Origin: Saccostrea echinata
Taxonomy: Eukaryota
Length of the DNA stretch: 64,000 bases
Direction: 5' to 3'
Assembly (NCBI RefSeq): GCF_033153115.1
Contig: NW_026889789.1
Span: 1,612,001-1,676,000 of the forward strand
Below, piece after piece: positions 51,776-64,000 of this stretch. Position 1 is the stretch's first letter. The number at the start of each line of letters is the position of its first letter. The notes beneath the pieces were generated by a model, which was not told the DNA's origin, did not search any database, and saw nothing but the letters and a program-made list of their open reading frames with translations. The position numbers and the translations under genes were made by a program.

Positions 51776-52471
51776 GTGTATATGTACAGATATGATAAAA
51801 ACCATGATTCTGTGTACATTGTACATGTACACAAAGAAACTCGCAGTATTGTTGTTCGGTTTAAACTGTGTGACATAAACCTGTGTGCTTTATTAAAGAT
51901 AACATACCTGTCAAATCTGTGTGATTACATGTAACACACACATCACACTCACAGCACTAAAAAAATTAATACACTTCCATTATTTATATATAATTTAATA
52001 ACTATAATGACCTGCATTTGGTGTTAATTTCTCCCAAAACTGAGACAGTCTACTGACAAATACTTGATGTTATAGGAGTATCAACATGCTTCTTTGTGTT
52101 GTGGTCATTACAATTTTTTTACTACAAATACAGCTTACAGTCTTTGACCATAAAGTTGACGGATATTTTTGATACCGATTATTGCGATAAAGGGCCCGGG
52201 TGGTAGAGACCTCCATGGCACCTGATTCAACCTCGAGTGCTTCCAGGCGTCTGCGTTTTCCCTACCCTCATTTTTTTTTTGTTTTATTCAATTGAACTTA
52301 ATCAGTGTTTGTTTTCGTAACATTTCATGTCGCATTATAATCATTCATGTTTATGTGGGGATCCCTAAAATTCCACCTTATATACTAAAGAGAAATGCAC
52401 GTATAAGTAACGTACCCTAAAAATCAGACCTAATTATCAGCACGTCCTGTTCTTCCAAAAGTCCCTACCCT

Positions 52472-53600
52472 ATTTATTGCCCCTGTATCGAAGATTCGGG
52501 GGTATATAGTTTTAGCCCTGTCTGTCAGTCTGTCTGTTGGTCTATTTGTCCGCCGAAACTTTAACCTAACCCATAATTTTTGATTAATTGGAGCTATGGC
52601 TTTCACATTTCACATGTGTATTCCTTGTGACAAAGACCTTTCTTTGGGTACCACCATATTTGACCTTTTGACCATGACCTTGGAGTTTGACCCAGTTTTG
52701 CAAAATTTTACCAAACATTAACCTTGGCCATAACTTTTGAACAATTGGTGCTAAGGCTTTCATACTTCACATGTGTAATTCTTGTGACAACACCTTTGTG
52801 TGGATACCAACAACTTTGACCTATTGACCTTGGCCTACAGTGTAGGAGTTTGTCCTAGTTTAGAAAAACTTTAACCTTGGCCATAACTTTTGAACGGTTG
52901 GTGCAAGAACTTTCATACGTCACGTATGTTATCCTTATGACAAGACCTTTCTTTGGATACCAACAACCCTTGACCCTTGGACCTTAATCTTGGGGTTTGA
53001 CCTACGTTTTGGAAAACTTTCACCTTGGTCATATCTTTTAAACAATTGGTGATATGGCCTTCATATTTCAAATGTGTAATCCTTATGACAAGACCTTTCT
53101 TTGAATACCAACAATTTTGACCCTTTGACTTGACCTTGGAGTTTTACTTAATTTTGGAAAACTTTAACCTTGCCCATAACTTTTGAGCGGTTTGTGTAAT
53201 CCTTGTGACAAGACCTTTCTTTGGAAATCAACAACGTTGACCCTTTGACATTGACCTTGGATTTTGACCTACGTTTTGGAAAACTTTAACCTTGGTCATA
53301 AGTTTGAACTATTGGTTCTTTGGCTTTCATTTTTCACATGTGTATTTCTTGGGAGAAGGCCTTTCCTTGGGCACTGTTAATATTGACCATTTTACCTTGA
53401 CCTTGATGTTTCACATACATTTGCAAAAAACTTTAACATTTTTCCATATCTATTCAATGGTTGCAGCTAGGGCTTTCATATTTCACAGGGTTTTTTTTCC
53501 TCGAGACAAGAGCTTACTTTGGGTACCAACATATTTTATTTGCATTTGAGAAAAGGTTGCCATACGGGGGCATCAGTGTTTCATAAACACATCTTGTTTT
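52472..53600 (+). mobile_element. Non-autonomous Helentron/HINE with about 6 tandem 150-160-bp units
   Basis: 5' hairpin cccc...gggggt plus (gtct)n; unit aaactttaaccttggccataacttttg...gacaagacctttct...ttgaccttgga; 3' gggggcatcagtgtttcataaacacatcttgtt. Confidence 0.85.
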
Positions 53601-54392
53601 TTATTTTAAAAACTTCAAATTGGTTAAATTTAAGAGGATTTTGCCTGATGTGTTTTATTGTCAAAGGGTACTTTTCTCTCTTTCCCAATAAAAGTTCCAA
53701 AAACACATCGTCAATAATCCTCTGGGAAAACAAGTGTTATTAGATTAATATAATTTGGCAAGAAACAATAATTACTTTTCTGGCGGAAAAATCTTGCAGA
53801 TGTTTCTTGGTAAGATGTGTGTTAATGCTCTATGACAATTTACAAGAATTATTTAAACCATATATTTTTACCATTAATTCAACTTCTATAGAAAACAACG
53901 AGATTCATCTTTATCTTTATGACTGTTACTTTAAATATTCAAACGCTTATATACATGTACTTTAATAAGATTCTGAAAGAGCTATTTGAAATCAGCGAAT
54001 TGATAGCAATTTATTGAAAATGAAATTATTCCAATCGATTCCATTTACCCAGATATATTTTAGCAGTATAAATTTGCCCTAATTGGGAGATGCTTACCAG
54101 GAGATTATGCACATGATTAGATATTTAAATCTTTTCAATATTTTAAAATCATCACTGCCAAATAGTATCTCACTCCTCCTCGTGAAAGCTCTCAAAGTTA
54201 ACTTCAACTTAACTGATGACAGCTAGGTCCGCCAGTCTCACTCAAATCACATTCGATAGCAGTTTAGTTTGTGCAACTTTTAATACCTCATCGTTTTTTC
54301 TCTAAAACTAAATTATTTATATCTCTTCGTTTCTTAATAGAGCAGAATTGTTGGACATTCAGAGTAAAAGTCACATCGATATCTTAAACATA

Positions 54393-55750
54393 TCACATCT
54401 CTGAAAATGAAATTATGTATTTCTAAAGTGGTTACCCGTTTACTTTTTCGATGTAAGGCGATTATAAAAATACCTTTATTTCCGATTATTTTGATTTATT
54501 TTGTGTTGTTACTTAACTTTTTAAATTGTTCCTTTTTCTCTTTATGTATGTTCATCACGTCTTCACAATCAGAAATACTAACCTTGTGCTAAACAACCCG
54601 TGGCATAATTACACATGCTTTCGTTACATGTGCACTCATGTTTGCACTTCTTGCCAAAATAAGGATGCTTGCATTTTTGCATACAGCTCTCTCCCCAAAA
54701 CCCTACTGAACACTCTGTAATAAATACATGTAGACAAAGACACATATTTTGAAAATAATTGAAGAATTACTTGTATGATTCCAGTAGGGAGCAATATTAC
54801 TTTTACCCTGTTAATACGACAATACGGCGGAGCCTCGATACTATATATGCCAATAATCTGGACGTTTTAACTTCCCTACAAGATTTTTGGAGAGAAAATT
54901 TTACAATGGTATCTACACATAATGAAAGATTAGTTTTATAATACGGACGATTTACATGGGAACACAAGTGTCCGGATTATCATGGCATGACTGTATACCT
55001 AATATGCATGCACAATTCTGTGTACGTTGAGAGGTCGTCTCTCTCTCTCTTATCTTTTGGTCAAATTGAATATACCGAACTCCATTTTCAAAGTAGCATT
55101 TAACGTTTAATACATTTATCTGAACATTTAGGAAACACACAAGGAAAGCTTTATCATCTGATATGAACACTACTGACTAGCTGTTCCTGGTACCAAATTA
55201 TGTTTTCTTGTAAATGTCCAAAACAACATTTTTTGTTTCTAACGATGTTGCACATCATCCAAGAATTTGAGCAATGCAATAATTATGGTAAAATTTCTAC
55301 AAGAAATTATATAGAATGAAACATTCAAATTCCTTTTATATCTATTGATATGATTCTGTAAATCAATTAATTGAAAAGTTGATGTATTGAAAGAAAAATG
55401 ATACAATATTCAAAATTACCAATACATTTGCTATGACTTGCATTCCAAACTGTTTCAAAGCAGCAGCCATTTTCTCTTTAAAAGATTTGTTTTTCAATAT
55501 AATGCATTGAAAAGTAAATATTATGCTGATATCATTCTATATTTACTTGATATATCAACGATTTGGAAAATGTATTTTTGAAATGGAATAGTTTTCAAGT
55601 CAACTATTTTAATGTATAGCAAACAAGGTACTTTGTCCTTTTCTTGATCATATTGTGAAATATTTACCTGTCATCTAAGCAAGGTCCTTTCTGTGATTGG
55701 ACTAACCAGAGGAAATGGAATACTTGAACAAGAAGACGAACAACTTTCAT
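54393..55750 (-). CDS. MEGF10-like small EGF protein, copy C. Exons 55750-55668, 55475-55420, 54714-54583; last exon uncertain (candidate 54400-54393)
   Basis: MKVVRLLVQVFHFLWLVQSQKGPCLDD|RENGCCFETVWNASHSKCI|ECSVGFWGESCMQKCKHPYFGKKCKHECTCNESMCNYATGCLAQ; phases 2,1,1. Confidence 0.8.
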
Positions 55751-56469
55751 TTTTATGTAGAACAAAATCAACATAAAAAGTATTGAGATATTATAGTATA
55801 CAATGTATTGGGTTTCATTCATTTCAGGACGGATGCAGTCAATTCTTCCTTATTTGTACAAATTATTTCCGATATTCAAGCTATCGAATTCTACTAAAGA
55901 GCATTGAGGTATAACGCCTTTATTTATACCTGTTTGAACTTTCATGGTATTGAATGAAATTAAATTTATGAATCTACCTGTATATATAACAAAAATGTAT
56001 TAAGTAAACATGTAAAAAAGTGTTTCAGATCTTTTTCCTTTTAGGATTTGAAGTATGATAAACACAATTTCAGATTTTAAAGATTTTCTACAAATAACTC
56101 GGCCAACGTACATGTATGTATCAATTTCATATATGCTCCTACAAACTTTCTGTAAGAAATCAAATAGAACGTTGTTTTGTAAAATCACTATGAAAAAAGG
56201 GGAAAAAAGAAGAGGTAAATATTTGTTAGTCAATGTTGGTAATTTAGATAGATATGAGAAATACCCACCCACCCTCACCCCCCACCCATTATTATTAGTT
56301 GTAGTAGTAGAAGTAGTATTTGACGTTTAGAAAAAAAGGTTCTTAACTATGTAAAGTGATATAAGAGTGTACATGTAACAGCTTAAATCTCCCGTGCATG
56401 TCAAAAGAGGTACCCACCTTACTCTTAAAAAGTGATTCCAAATTTAAAAAGAATCGCGGTTATAGTATC

Positions 56470-57120
56470 GATTGATTGATTGTATGTTGTTTAACTTCCC
56501 AATCGAGCGGGAATTTTTCACTCTCATTGAGACGTCATGCCGGTTAAAGGCTTCAAATTAAGATCTATATACTACAGGGCCATTAAGAAGTAAGGTCTCA
56601 TCCAAAAAACCCGCGACCTTCACTTTTCATGTCGGACGTTTGGCGAAGGAGCAGTCACTACTTACCTTAGTCCGAAATATCTGACGTTTCCCTGGCTTTT
56701 TTACGATTTTAATATTTTACATGCCAGGAAAACGTCAGAATCGGCGCCATTACGAAAAGTGGAAATTTAGCCTTCTCCAACCGGAGTTGATTTTCTATAC
56801 TTGCAAACCGAATTCAATGCCGAGCTCACAATTTATCAATAGCACAATGCTTCTAGTACTCACCAATATCGATGAAAAGAAAACATCACTCCACATTTCG
56901 ATACAGGACTTGCAGGATTTTAAAATGCACGAAATGAAAACAAATCTCGACGGTCAAATAAAATGTTTTCATCGGACTGTATAAACTCGGCACTCAGGGC
57001 CATTGAGCAGTGAGGGATCCTTTTCATGCCAGCACCTACTGTGACACGATCTCTACATCCCACAGTGGGATTTGAACTCGTGACATAAGGAATAACTCCT
57101 TACTGCGGGCGACCTAGACC
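56470..57120 (-). mobile_element. MetaSINE fragments (about 56470-56665 and 56987-57120) with an unrelated segment between them
   Basis: (ttga)n tail plus tgtttaac.tccc; ctcggcactcagggccattgagcagtgagggatc...gccagcacctactgtgacacg is the reverse of the Meta-like motif. Confidence 0.6.
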
Positions 57121-57145
57121 AAATGAAAATTTGACTAAAACTTAC

Positions 57146-59804
57146 CTCCTCCTCATTGTCTTTTCTCAGCTCATGGAGAGTTGTCAATAGGGTTTCCTGG
57201 AGAGAAAAGTTATAATTGACATTAAAAAAGAAGAAACCCAGATTCAAATATTACTTGCTGTTTAATATGTTTTTTAACTTGGAATTTACATATAGATATA
57301 TTTCTTGGTTTATAATATTTCAGTGTCATCCTGTGCCCATATCTAAGACCTTTTAAGACCTTGAAACCTAAAAATTCAAACAAAGAAGCAGAGTTTAAAT
57401 TTCCTCTCAACATTGTTTAAATTCTTCATTTTACATTAAATTTTCTATGTATAGAAAATAAAAAAAAAGATATCACAAATTGGTCATCTCTTATAAGGAG
57501 TTATAATGTTTAGCTTTGGTTTATATTTTCTGATACCTGTATTGTGTCACTTGTCACCTTAATTTCACAAAACCAGCTTATTTTACCTCATTATCTGTGG
57601 CAGTCTGTGCATTTTCCTTAACACTGGCAGTCTGTGCATTTTCTTTGACACTGGCAGTCTCAGCATTTTCCTGAAATAAATAACTTTCAGCTTGAATTAT
57701 GTATACAGTATTTTAAGAATTCATCTTTTTTTATGAGACGATTATAACAAACTTCTTTTTTGTTTATAAAAAAATCATGTTTAAGATACAGTCAAACCAT
57801 GTTATCTCTAATTAATACAACAGAAAATACATACTGATTCATTTGTGGAGAAGGACACTCCAATATATCTGTAAATAGAATAAATGTTCAAATACAATAT
57901 AAGTTGGTTAGATATAGTGATTTGGTCTGATGTATTCATTTTCTAAAGTACTGACTCAAAAGTGCTTTGCTAATGTTGTTGAACAAATACTTCCTGAAAT
58001 CTAATGAAATCAGATTTATAATGCAGCTGTTACTTTTAAACTGTACAACCTAATAGTTTTCGCAATTAGCTGTGATTCAAATTATAACAGTAATATTAAA
58101 AATTCCCGTGAATATGTCATTTCCAGGACCACTAAACTGCCCTCTAAGGAATCTTCCTCCTGGTCAGAGTAATATATCTGCAAAATAACAAAAACTAGTA
58201 ATACAATGAAAACATACTTTCTGGCTAACATTTTAGGGATTTTTTTTAACAATAAGCTTGCCATCATTATTCAAAATACATAGAAGTGACTAATCTATCA
58301 TTCATTGATACCAGGCATAACTGTTACTTAAAAAAACTGGTGGTTATTTAGAAATGAAAAGTAATTTTGAGGAAAATTCTAACCATGCAACTTACAATGT
58401 CTGGCAGATCCCCCTCACCTTCTCCCTCAGAAGCGTCCATACTCGCAGCCTATTTGAATGAAATACAAGATTAATAAATTCTGAAGTGGATCATTCTCCT
58501 AAGAGTACATGTAGAATTTTAGTCTGTAATGTTTTGTGAATTTTCTTTTCAGGAAGACCACTCTCATTTATTATTGATGGGGCCTATAGCTAATAATTAT
58601 TAATTTGATATGTAAACATGTGTTAATACATTTCACCCTGTTAGTTCTTAATAAAATTTGGAGAGGTTGAACACATACTATAGTCTGTCTCAATCATGAA
58701 AACTATTTGAATAAATCACCGTATACAGAATATTATTGGAACTTGCATAGTTATTGTATCACATGAAATTAAATGGTACAAAGTTACCTCACTCTGTGGT
58801 GGACTATGAACATCATCGTCCTCTTCAAAAAGAGTTATGTTCCTCTCTGGTTGGTCATTATCAACTTCTTCATCATTGTCTACAAATGTCTAAATAAAAT
58901 AAGGGGAAAAATGCCTTTTATCAAACAAATTAAGTAAGTAATGACTTATTATTTCTACATGTTTAACACTATGATGAATAAATTACATTGTCTTTAAAAT
59001 ATTACTTCATTTTATAAATTATCTCCAAGGATTATAATAGATATCTTCACTTTAAAAAAAATGAAGAGCAGAAGAAGTAAAAGACAATGACCTTAATAAA
59101 ATATTTTGAAAGAAACAAGATATCATGTACTGACCAAATAAGCATTAAAATTCAATACTAATTTATGTTAAGTAGTGTGATGATTATATTTGATCAGCAT
59201 ACTTACATAAACATCCGAGGCACTATTTGGTGTGTTCTTTGTGGGTTTCTATGAAAAATTTTCAATTCTCAATTTTGATTGTTAACAACATACATAAAGA
59301 TAAGCACAAACTTTTTTATTCTAGATAAATCTGAATTAAGAAAGGCTATGTATAATTGTAAGTTTTTGCATCGGCAATATGTAATATTATGCTTAAAATG
59401 AAGGCTGATACTTGGCTTTTAATGACTTGATAGCTTGTTAAAAATGCCTTTATAAGTTACTTATTTGGATGTAAGTGGTAGGAGGCTTACCAGCTGTTTC
59501 CTCAACTTTGTCAGTTCACGCTGTAATGAGATATTTTGCTCTTCGAAGGCTGCATTCTTCCTCTTTAAGCTGCCAGTATCATTCTGCTAAAACAGACTGT
59601 ATATTTTAACAACTGTTTAAAAATGTAAAGGACTTTACAAAAAATAAAATCAGTATTTACTTTCTGCTGTTCTTTCCTTAAACTTGACAATTCTTAATTT
59701 GAAATTTCCAGATATCATTATAGTGAAAAATTCAATGTAAATAAAAATACCGCAGGTCCAGTGCCATGTCTTTTTCTGATGGAATTAACCTCTCCTTCAG
59801 CGAT
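57146..59804 (-). CDS. Partial multi-exon gene for an acidic, low-complexity, coiled-coil protein. Exons 59804-59751, 59586-59491, 59248-59207, 58889-58788, 58449-58396, from 58177, 57670-57587, 57196-57146
   Basis: Seven exons with canonical AG/GT, lengths divisible by 3 and open in phase 0, e.g. QNDTGSLKRKNAAFEEQNISLQRELTKLRKQL, TFVDNDEEVDNDQPERNITLFEEDDDV, (ENAQTASVK)x3; no start or stop located. Confidence 0.65.
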
Positions 59805-60037
59805 CTACAATAAAAATGTGTCATGAATTGTATGCAATGATGTAAGTGAAATGAAAATATCACACTTATGAAAGTGGTCTGCTTACGATGAAGTTAATAT
59901 ATCTGTATCAATGGTTTTGAAAAAAATTAAAAAATTCAAAAACACTGACAATACTTGAGTTAAATGGTACCCCCAAAAAATGCCTATATCGATTAATACC
60001 TTTGCCTCTTTGAGTTTCTCGTTGAACTCCAAATTCG

Positions 60038-63000
60038 GCAAATTTCTTTGAGGATCTGGCAACCAACCAAGGGGAGAAATTACCAGACAAGCCTAGAATA
60101 ATGCTGCCTACATGCCTTTCCCAGAAAAATGCCTATGATGAGTACGTAAGACAGCATGAGAAGCCCTTCTGCTTTCGGCACTTTCAGAGAATACGGAGGG
60201 AGAGGTTTCCTGAAATGAAGGCATCTGAGGTATGTTATATTTTTGTTTTGTTTTTTTTTTTTTTTTTTTTCACAGATGTACATGTAATACATTCGTAAAG
60301 TATTATCCTATATATCATTATATGTGGAGGTTAAAAGAATTAAATTAAAGGTAAAATAAATGCTGAAATTAATTTGAGGCATGTGATTTAGGCATCCTTT
60401 CGTAGAAATTTGCAACCAAAATAATTTGCTGTCAGTAAATTGTTATCTCAAGAGACAGACTTGTGAAATATTGGTCCTGAAACAGTTGCATACTGAACAT
60501 AGAATTGTGAGCCATGACAGAGAATTTAATATTACTCAAGTCTGGCAAATTAGAATTATTGCATTAATTATTTTTGACAAGTTCAATGACATTTAGCCAT
60601 TGCTTCTATTGAATTTCAGAGAAGTACCTTTACAGAGTGTAAAGATTGTGCCATGATTAGGCAGCTAAAATCCCAGAAGCTAACAAAAGTGCAACTCCTG
60701 ACGCTTGAGAAGCAGAAGAAGGCACACTTGCTAGTTGCACGGTAACTAAATAAATTACTATATACATCTGAAACAGTCCTTAAATACAAATACTAAAGAA
60801 TACTTTACGTAAGAGAGGTTGTGTCCCGTACATTATAGATAAGTACAAATTTAATCTTTATTTTTAAAAAAAATCTAAAATCTCTTAAAATTAATACATA
60901 TCATTGCTGAGCAAGAGAACTGGACCAGGTTCAGAACACAAAGTATCACATCATTTCAATGTACGGAATCTGTCCATATGCTCATACTGTTAAACTTACT
61001 TTTTATTTTTTTTAATGAATAAACTGATTTTTCATTGTAGAATCGCACGAGAGAAGTATTATAAACATGCTAAGAAGGCTGCTGAGAACAGCACGAAATA
61101 CCTATCCCTCATCATCGATAACATGGATCAGTCCAAGACCAATCTTCCGCGTTTTCCCTCCTATCACAAGGTTAGCATCTTCTGCCATTCACTCCATGTC
61201 ATAGATAGGTGGTTCATGTGATTTATTTTGTAAACAGATATGCATGTTACTTTCCATACATGGGATTTCTAATAAAAGCTAAGGTTTTTATTGTGAGAAT
61301 GAAAAAGAACCAAACATTAATATTCAAACCATTTATTAAACCTACACTTTTTTTTAACAGAGTGATGCAAACCTGACCCGAATCCACCACCATGTCACAG
61401 GGGTTCTCTCCCATGAAGACAAGAAGTCCTTTGTGTTTACATGGACAGATAAATTCGGCACAGACAGCAACATCACCATTAATTGCTTACTGAAAGTTCT
61501 TGAGGATGTTGCAGAGGTATCAAAATTAATACACAATCATTGAACAGATTAACATTATATCAACTTATACTCTGTGTAATAATATTATTGTCTGATCTGC
61601 AAATTAACAAACGGTAATATCTTAAAAGCATTAATGGTAAAGATATGTGGAATAAATAAACAATTTCATATAATGTATTGCAATAGTTAATTGGAAAACA
61701 ATGTTCAAGTTTATAATAATCTTATCCTTGTTTTTGTTAAGATGGATACAAATAAGATTATACCTATGAATAAAAGATCAACTTTATATCTTTCCTTCTT
61801 TTTGTTTCTTTATCATTTCCAGGAGAGATCGCTACCCCCAACCCTATATCTGCAAGCTGATAATTCTGCCAAGGATAATAAGAATTTCATTCAGATGGGT
61901 TTTCTGGCCAATTTGGTGCAGAGGAAAATTTTCCGGAAGGTCAGTATTTCTTCCAGTAAAAAGAGACCAATCAATTCTTGTAAACGATAAACCATATTTT
62001 TGAAAAGGAAATTTTCATATCAAAAACTTGAAATTCTTGTGAACAAATGGTTGATATGTTTGTGTAGCTTCCAAAAAAAAAATTGCCAAAACTAATGTAT
62101 TCTAGATAGCAAAAAGAAATACAATTTCACAAAACTATCATAAGTATGTTACTTGGTAAAAATTTGCTTCATTTATAACTTCCATGGCAGTGGGGCCACA
62201 AAAGAGATAAAAGTTTTACATAATTTAAAAAAAATCAGATGAAATACAGCAGGGTCATAGTAACAGCAGTCTCAATGTGTAAGAATTCTTGGTTAATGTA
62301 GATTAAAGCTTGTCTAGATTGGGGCCCTTGGGGTTTAGGATGGGGCTACATTATTGATTAATAGATCAGAGTTTTTCAAGAATATCTATGGGAATAAATC
62401 CTTCTCAAGAGTAAGTTTTAAATATCTTCATCTGAAAAACATCATGGTTGTAATAAGTGAGCATTATGGTCTCTGGACCTTTTGTTACATTGTGAAATAA
62501 TTTATCAACATGCATGTCATTTTTCAGATCAAACTGTCTTTCTTAATGGTTGGTCACACCCATGAGGACGTTGACCAGATGTTTTCGAGGATTTCGGTAC
62601 ATCTGTCTGGGAAGGACATCCCTACTCGCCCCGTGCTGCAGGGCTTGATGGCTGAGTCTTACCATCCCACTCCGCAAGTGAGGCACCTGGATGCACCCTG
62701 TGTTTACAGAGGACTAGGGATGGCTTCGGATGTCCACCTGACTGGTCACAGCAACCCCCACATATTCCGATTCATGGAGGTAGATGGTGCTGTATAGATG
62801 GGTTTTAAGGAGTGGCCATTCAAGTCTACCGTGTACAAGACATTGGATGTCACAGCACTGGCCAGTGCCTTCCAGATCAACCCAGCTCCCCTCAGTTCAA
62901 TTGCAGAGAAGGGGAAAAAGGCATTTGACGCCATGGAGGGGGACCTCAGGAAGTGGAGAGATGGGGGGAAGTTGTCCCAAGATGACATTCATTGGTGGAC

Positions 63001-63825
63001 AGAACATCTAAAAGCGGAGCGCCAAATGCCATTCCCAACAATCAGGCAGGCATCCCAGTTTGGGACATTCATGTCCAGTACCGAGGAGGCAGAGGCACCA
63101 GCAGCACTGGGAACTCTCCTGCAGCATGTCTCTACTTTCTCCAGACAGTCAAACGTATGTATAAAATTTGTTTTACAAAACAATGTTTTACCAAAAAAAC
63201 ATGAAGAATTATTTTTTCTAAATAAAGGATATTACTTACATGTATAAGCAGGGTTATAAGATACCATTGTGTGTAGAATTACATCAAAATTTTCCCAGAC
63301 TTAGAGATTTTAACTGGTAATTTGATTAAAGAAAAGGTAATAAAGAGATTTACTGACAATTATTTTACATTTCCTTAGAACACTTCACTAAATTCTTAGC
63401 TTTCCCACTACTCAAGAAGAACTAGATTTATAAGTGTCTAAAAATGAATCTCATTTATGATTGCATCACATAACATTGAATGGTATTTGTAATGAGAGGC
63501 GATGAGGACAAATATACATGTATGTTGTATATCTGGATTACATTTGTTAATAAAGTTTTTTTTGTTTGTTTGTTTGTTTGTTTGTTTTTTATTTTTTTTT
63601 TTTTTTACAGTTATTGTGAGAAATTAAAATTTAGATTCAGTACTCCCCATGACATGTAAAAAAAAAGTTTTGAAACATAGATACCTGAAGTTAGTATTTA
63701 AATACCATTTACATATCAGTTGTTAAATTGTGGATATTATTCTTAGGGGAAAAAATGTAATTCTATTTGGAAATTAAAAAGTTTTTTTTTTCCAGGTCAG
63801 AGTTGTGAAACGGCGAAGACAGTAA
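60038..63825 (+). pseudogene. Intron-rich DDE/RNase H-fold transposase (Sola1-like / DUF7869-type), 5'-incomplete, one in-frame TAG. Exons ~60038-60229, 60620-60741, 61041-61170, 61361-61516, 61823-61939, 62528-63154, 63796-63825
   Basis: Phase-consistent splicing gives GEKLPD..MLP, FTECKDC..H, SLIIDNMDQSKTNLP, LYLQADNSAKDNKN, SFLMVGHTHEDVDQMFSRI and a basic tail VRVVKRRRQ*; TAG at 62795-97; AATAAA near 63910. Confidence 0.8.
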
Positions 63826-64000
63826 ATTACCACAAGGAAAACCCTGCCACAGTGCACCATTCCATTAAATTCAAAGTTGATTGAACTCTTTCTGCCAAAA
63901 CTTTGGTGAAATAAAAGGAAACTTTATCAAAATTTAATTGTGCCACCATAATTCTTATTTCGATTAAATCATTTTTTATAAATTTTGTCATGAATAATTA

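Noticed and set aside
60215-60229. atgaaggcatctgag is identical to 19056-19070 in the hammerhead
   Set aside because: A 15-bp match with unrelated flanks inside transposase coding sequence; treated as chance

Overview
AT-rich eukaryotic genomic DNA with GT-AG introns, microsatellites and two assembly gaps. The repeat families (Helentron/HINE elements with internal tandem arrays, MetaSINE pieces, TTAA-flanked Kolobok-like MITEs) and gene families point to a bivalve, most likely an oyster; this is inferred, not confirmed. Most ORFs in the supplied track are spurious. Reconstructed content: (1) a + strand spliced gene for a Cys-rich type-I membrane protein (~19.0-23.3 kb) whose first coding exon carries a type-I hammerhead-ribozyme-like motif overlapping the start codon; (2) three - strand paralogues of a small EMI-like/laminin-EGF (MEGF10/CED-1-like) gene at ~29-31.6, ~49.2-49.7 and ~54.4-55.8 kb, one with a tandemly duplicated last exon and one with a nonsense codon; (3) a decayed Zator transposon (GG termini, TAA TSD) inserted into a Penelope-like (probably Naiad) RT and itself carrying an inverted 3' fragment of the same retroelement; (4) an intron-rich DDE transposase gene (Sola1-like/DUF7869-type, 60.0-63.8 kb) set divergently to a multi-exon acidic/coiled-coil gene; (5) many MITEs with readable TIRs and TSDs, CR1-like LINE fragments, mariner and pogo remnants, and local duplications. 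All gene models were spliced by hand and have no transcript support.
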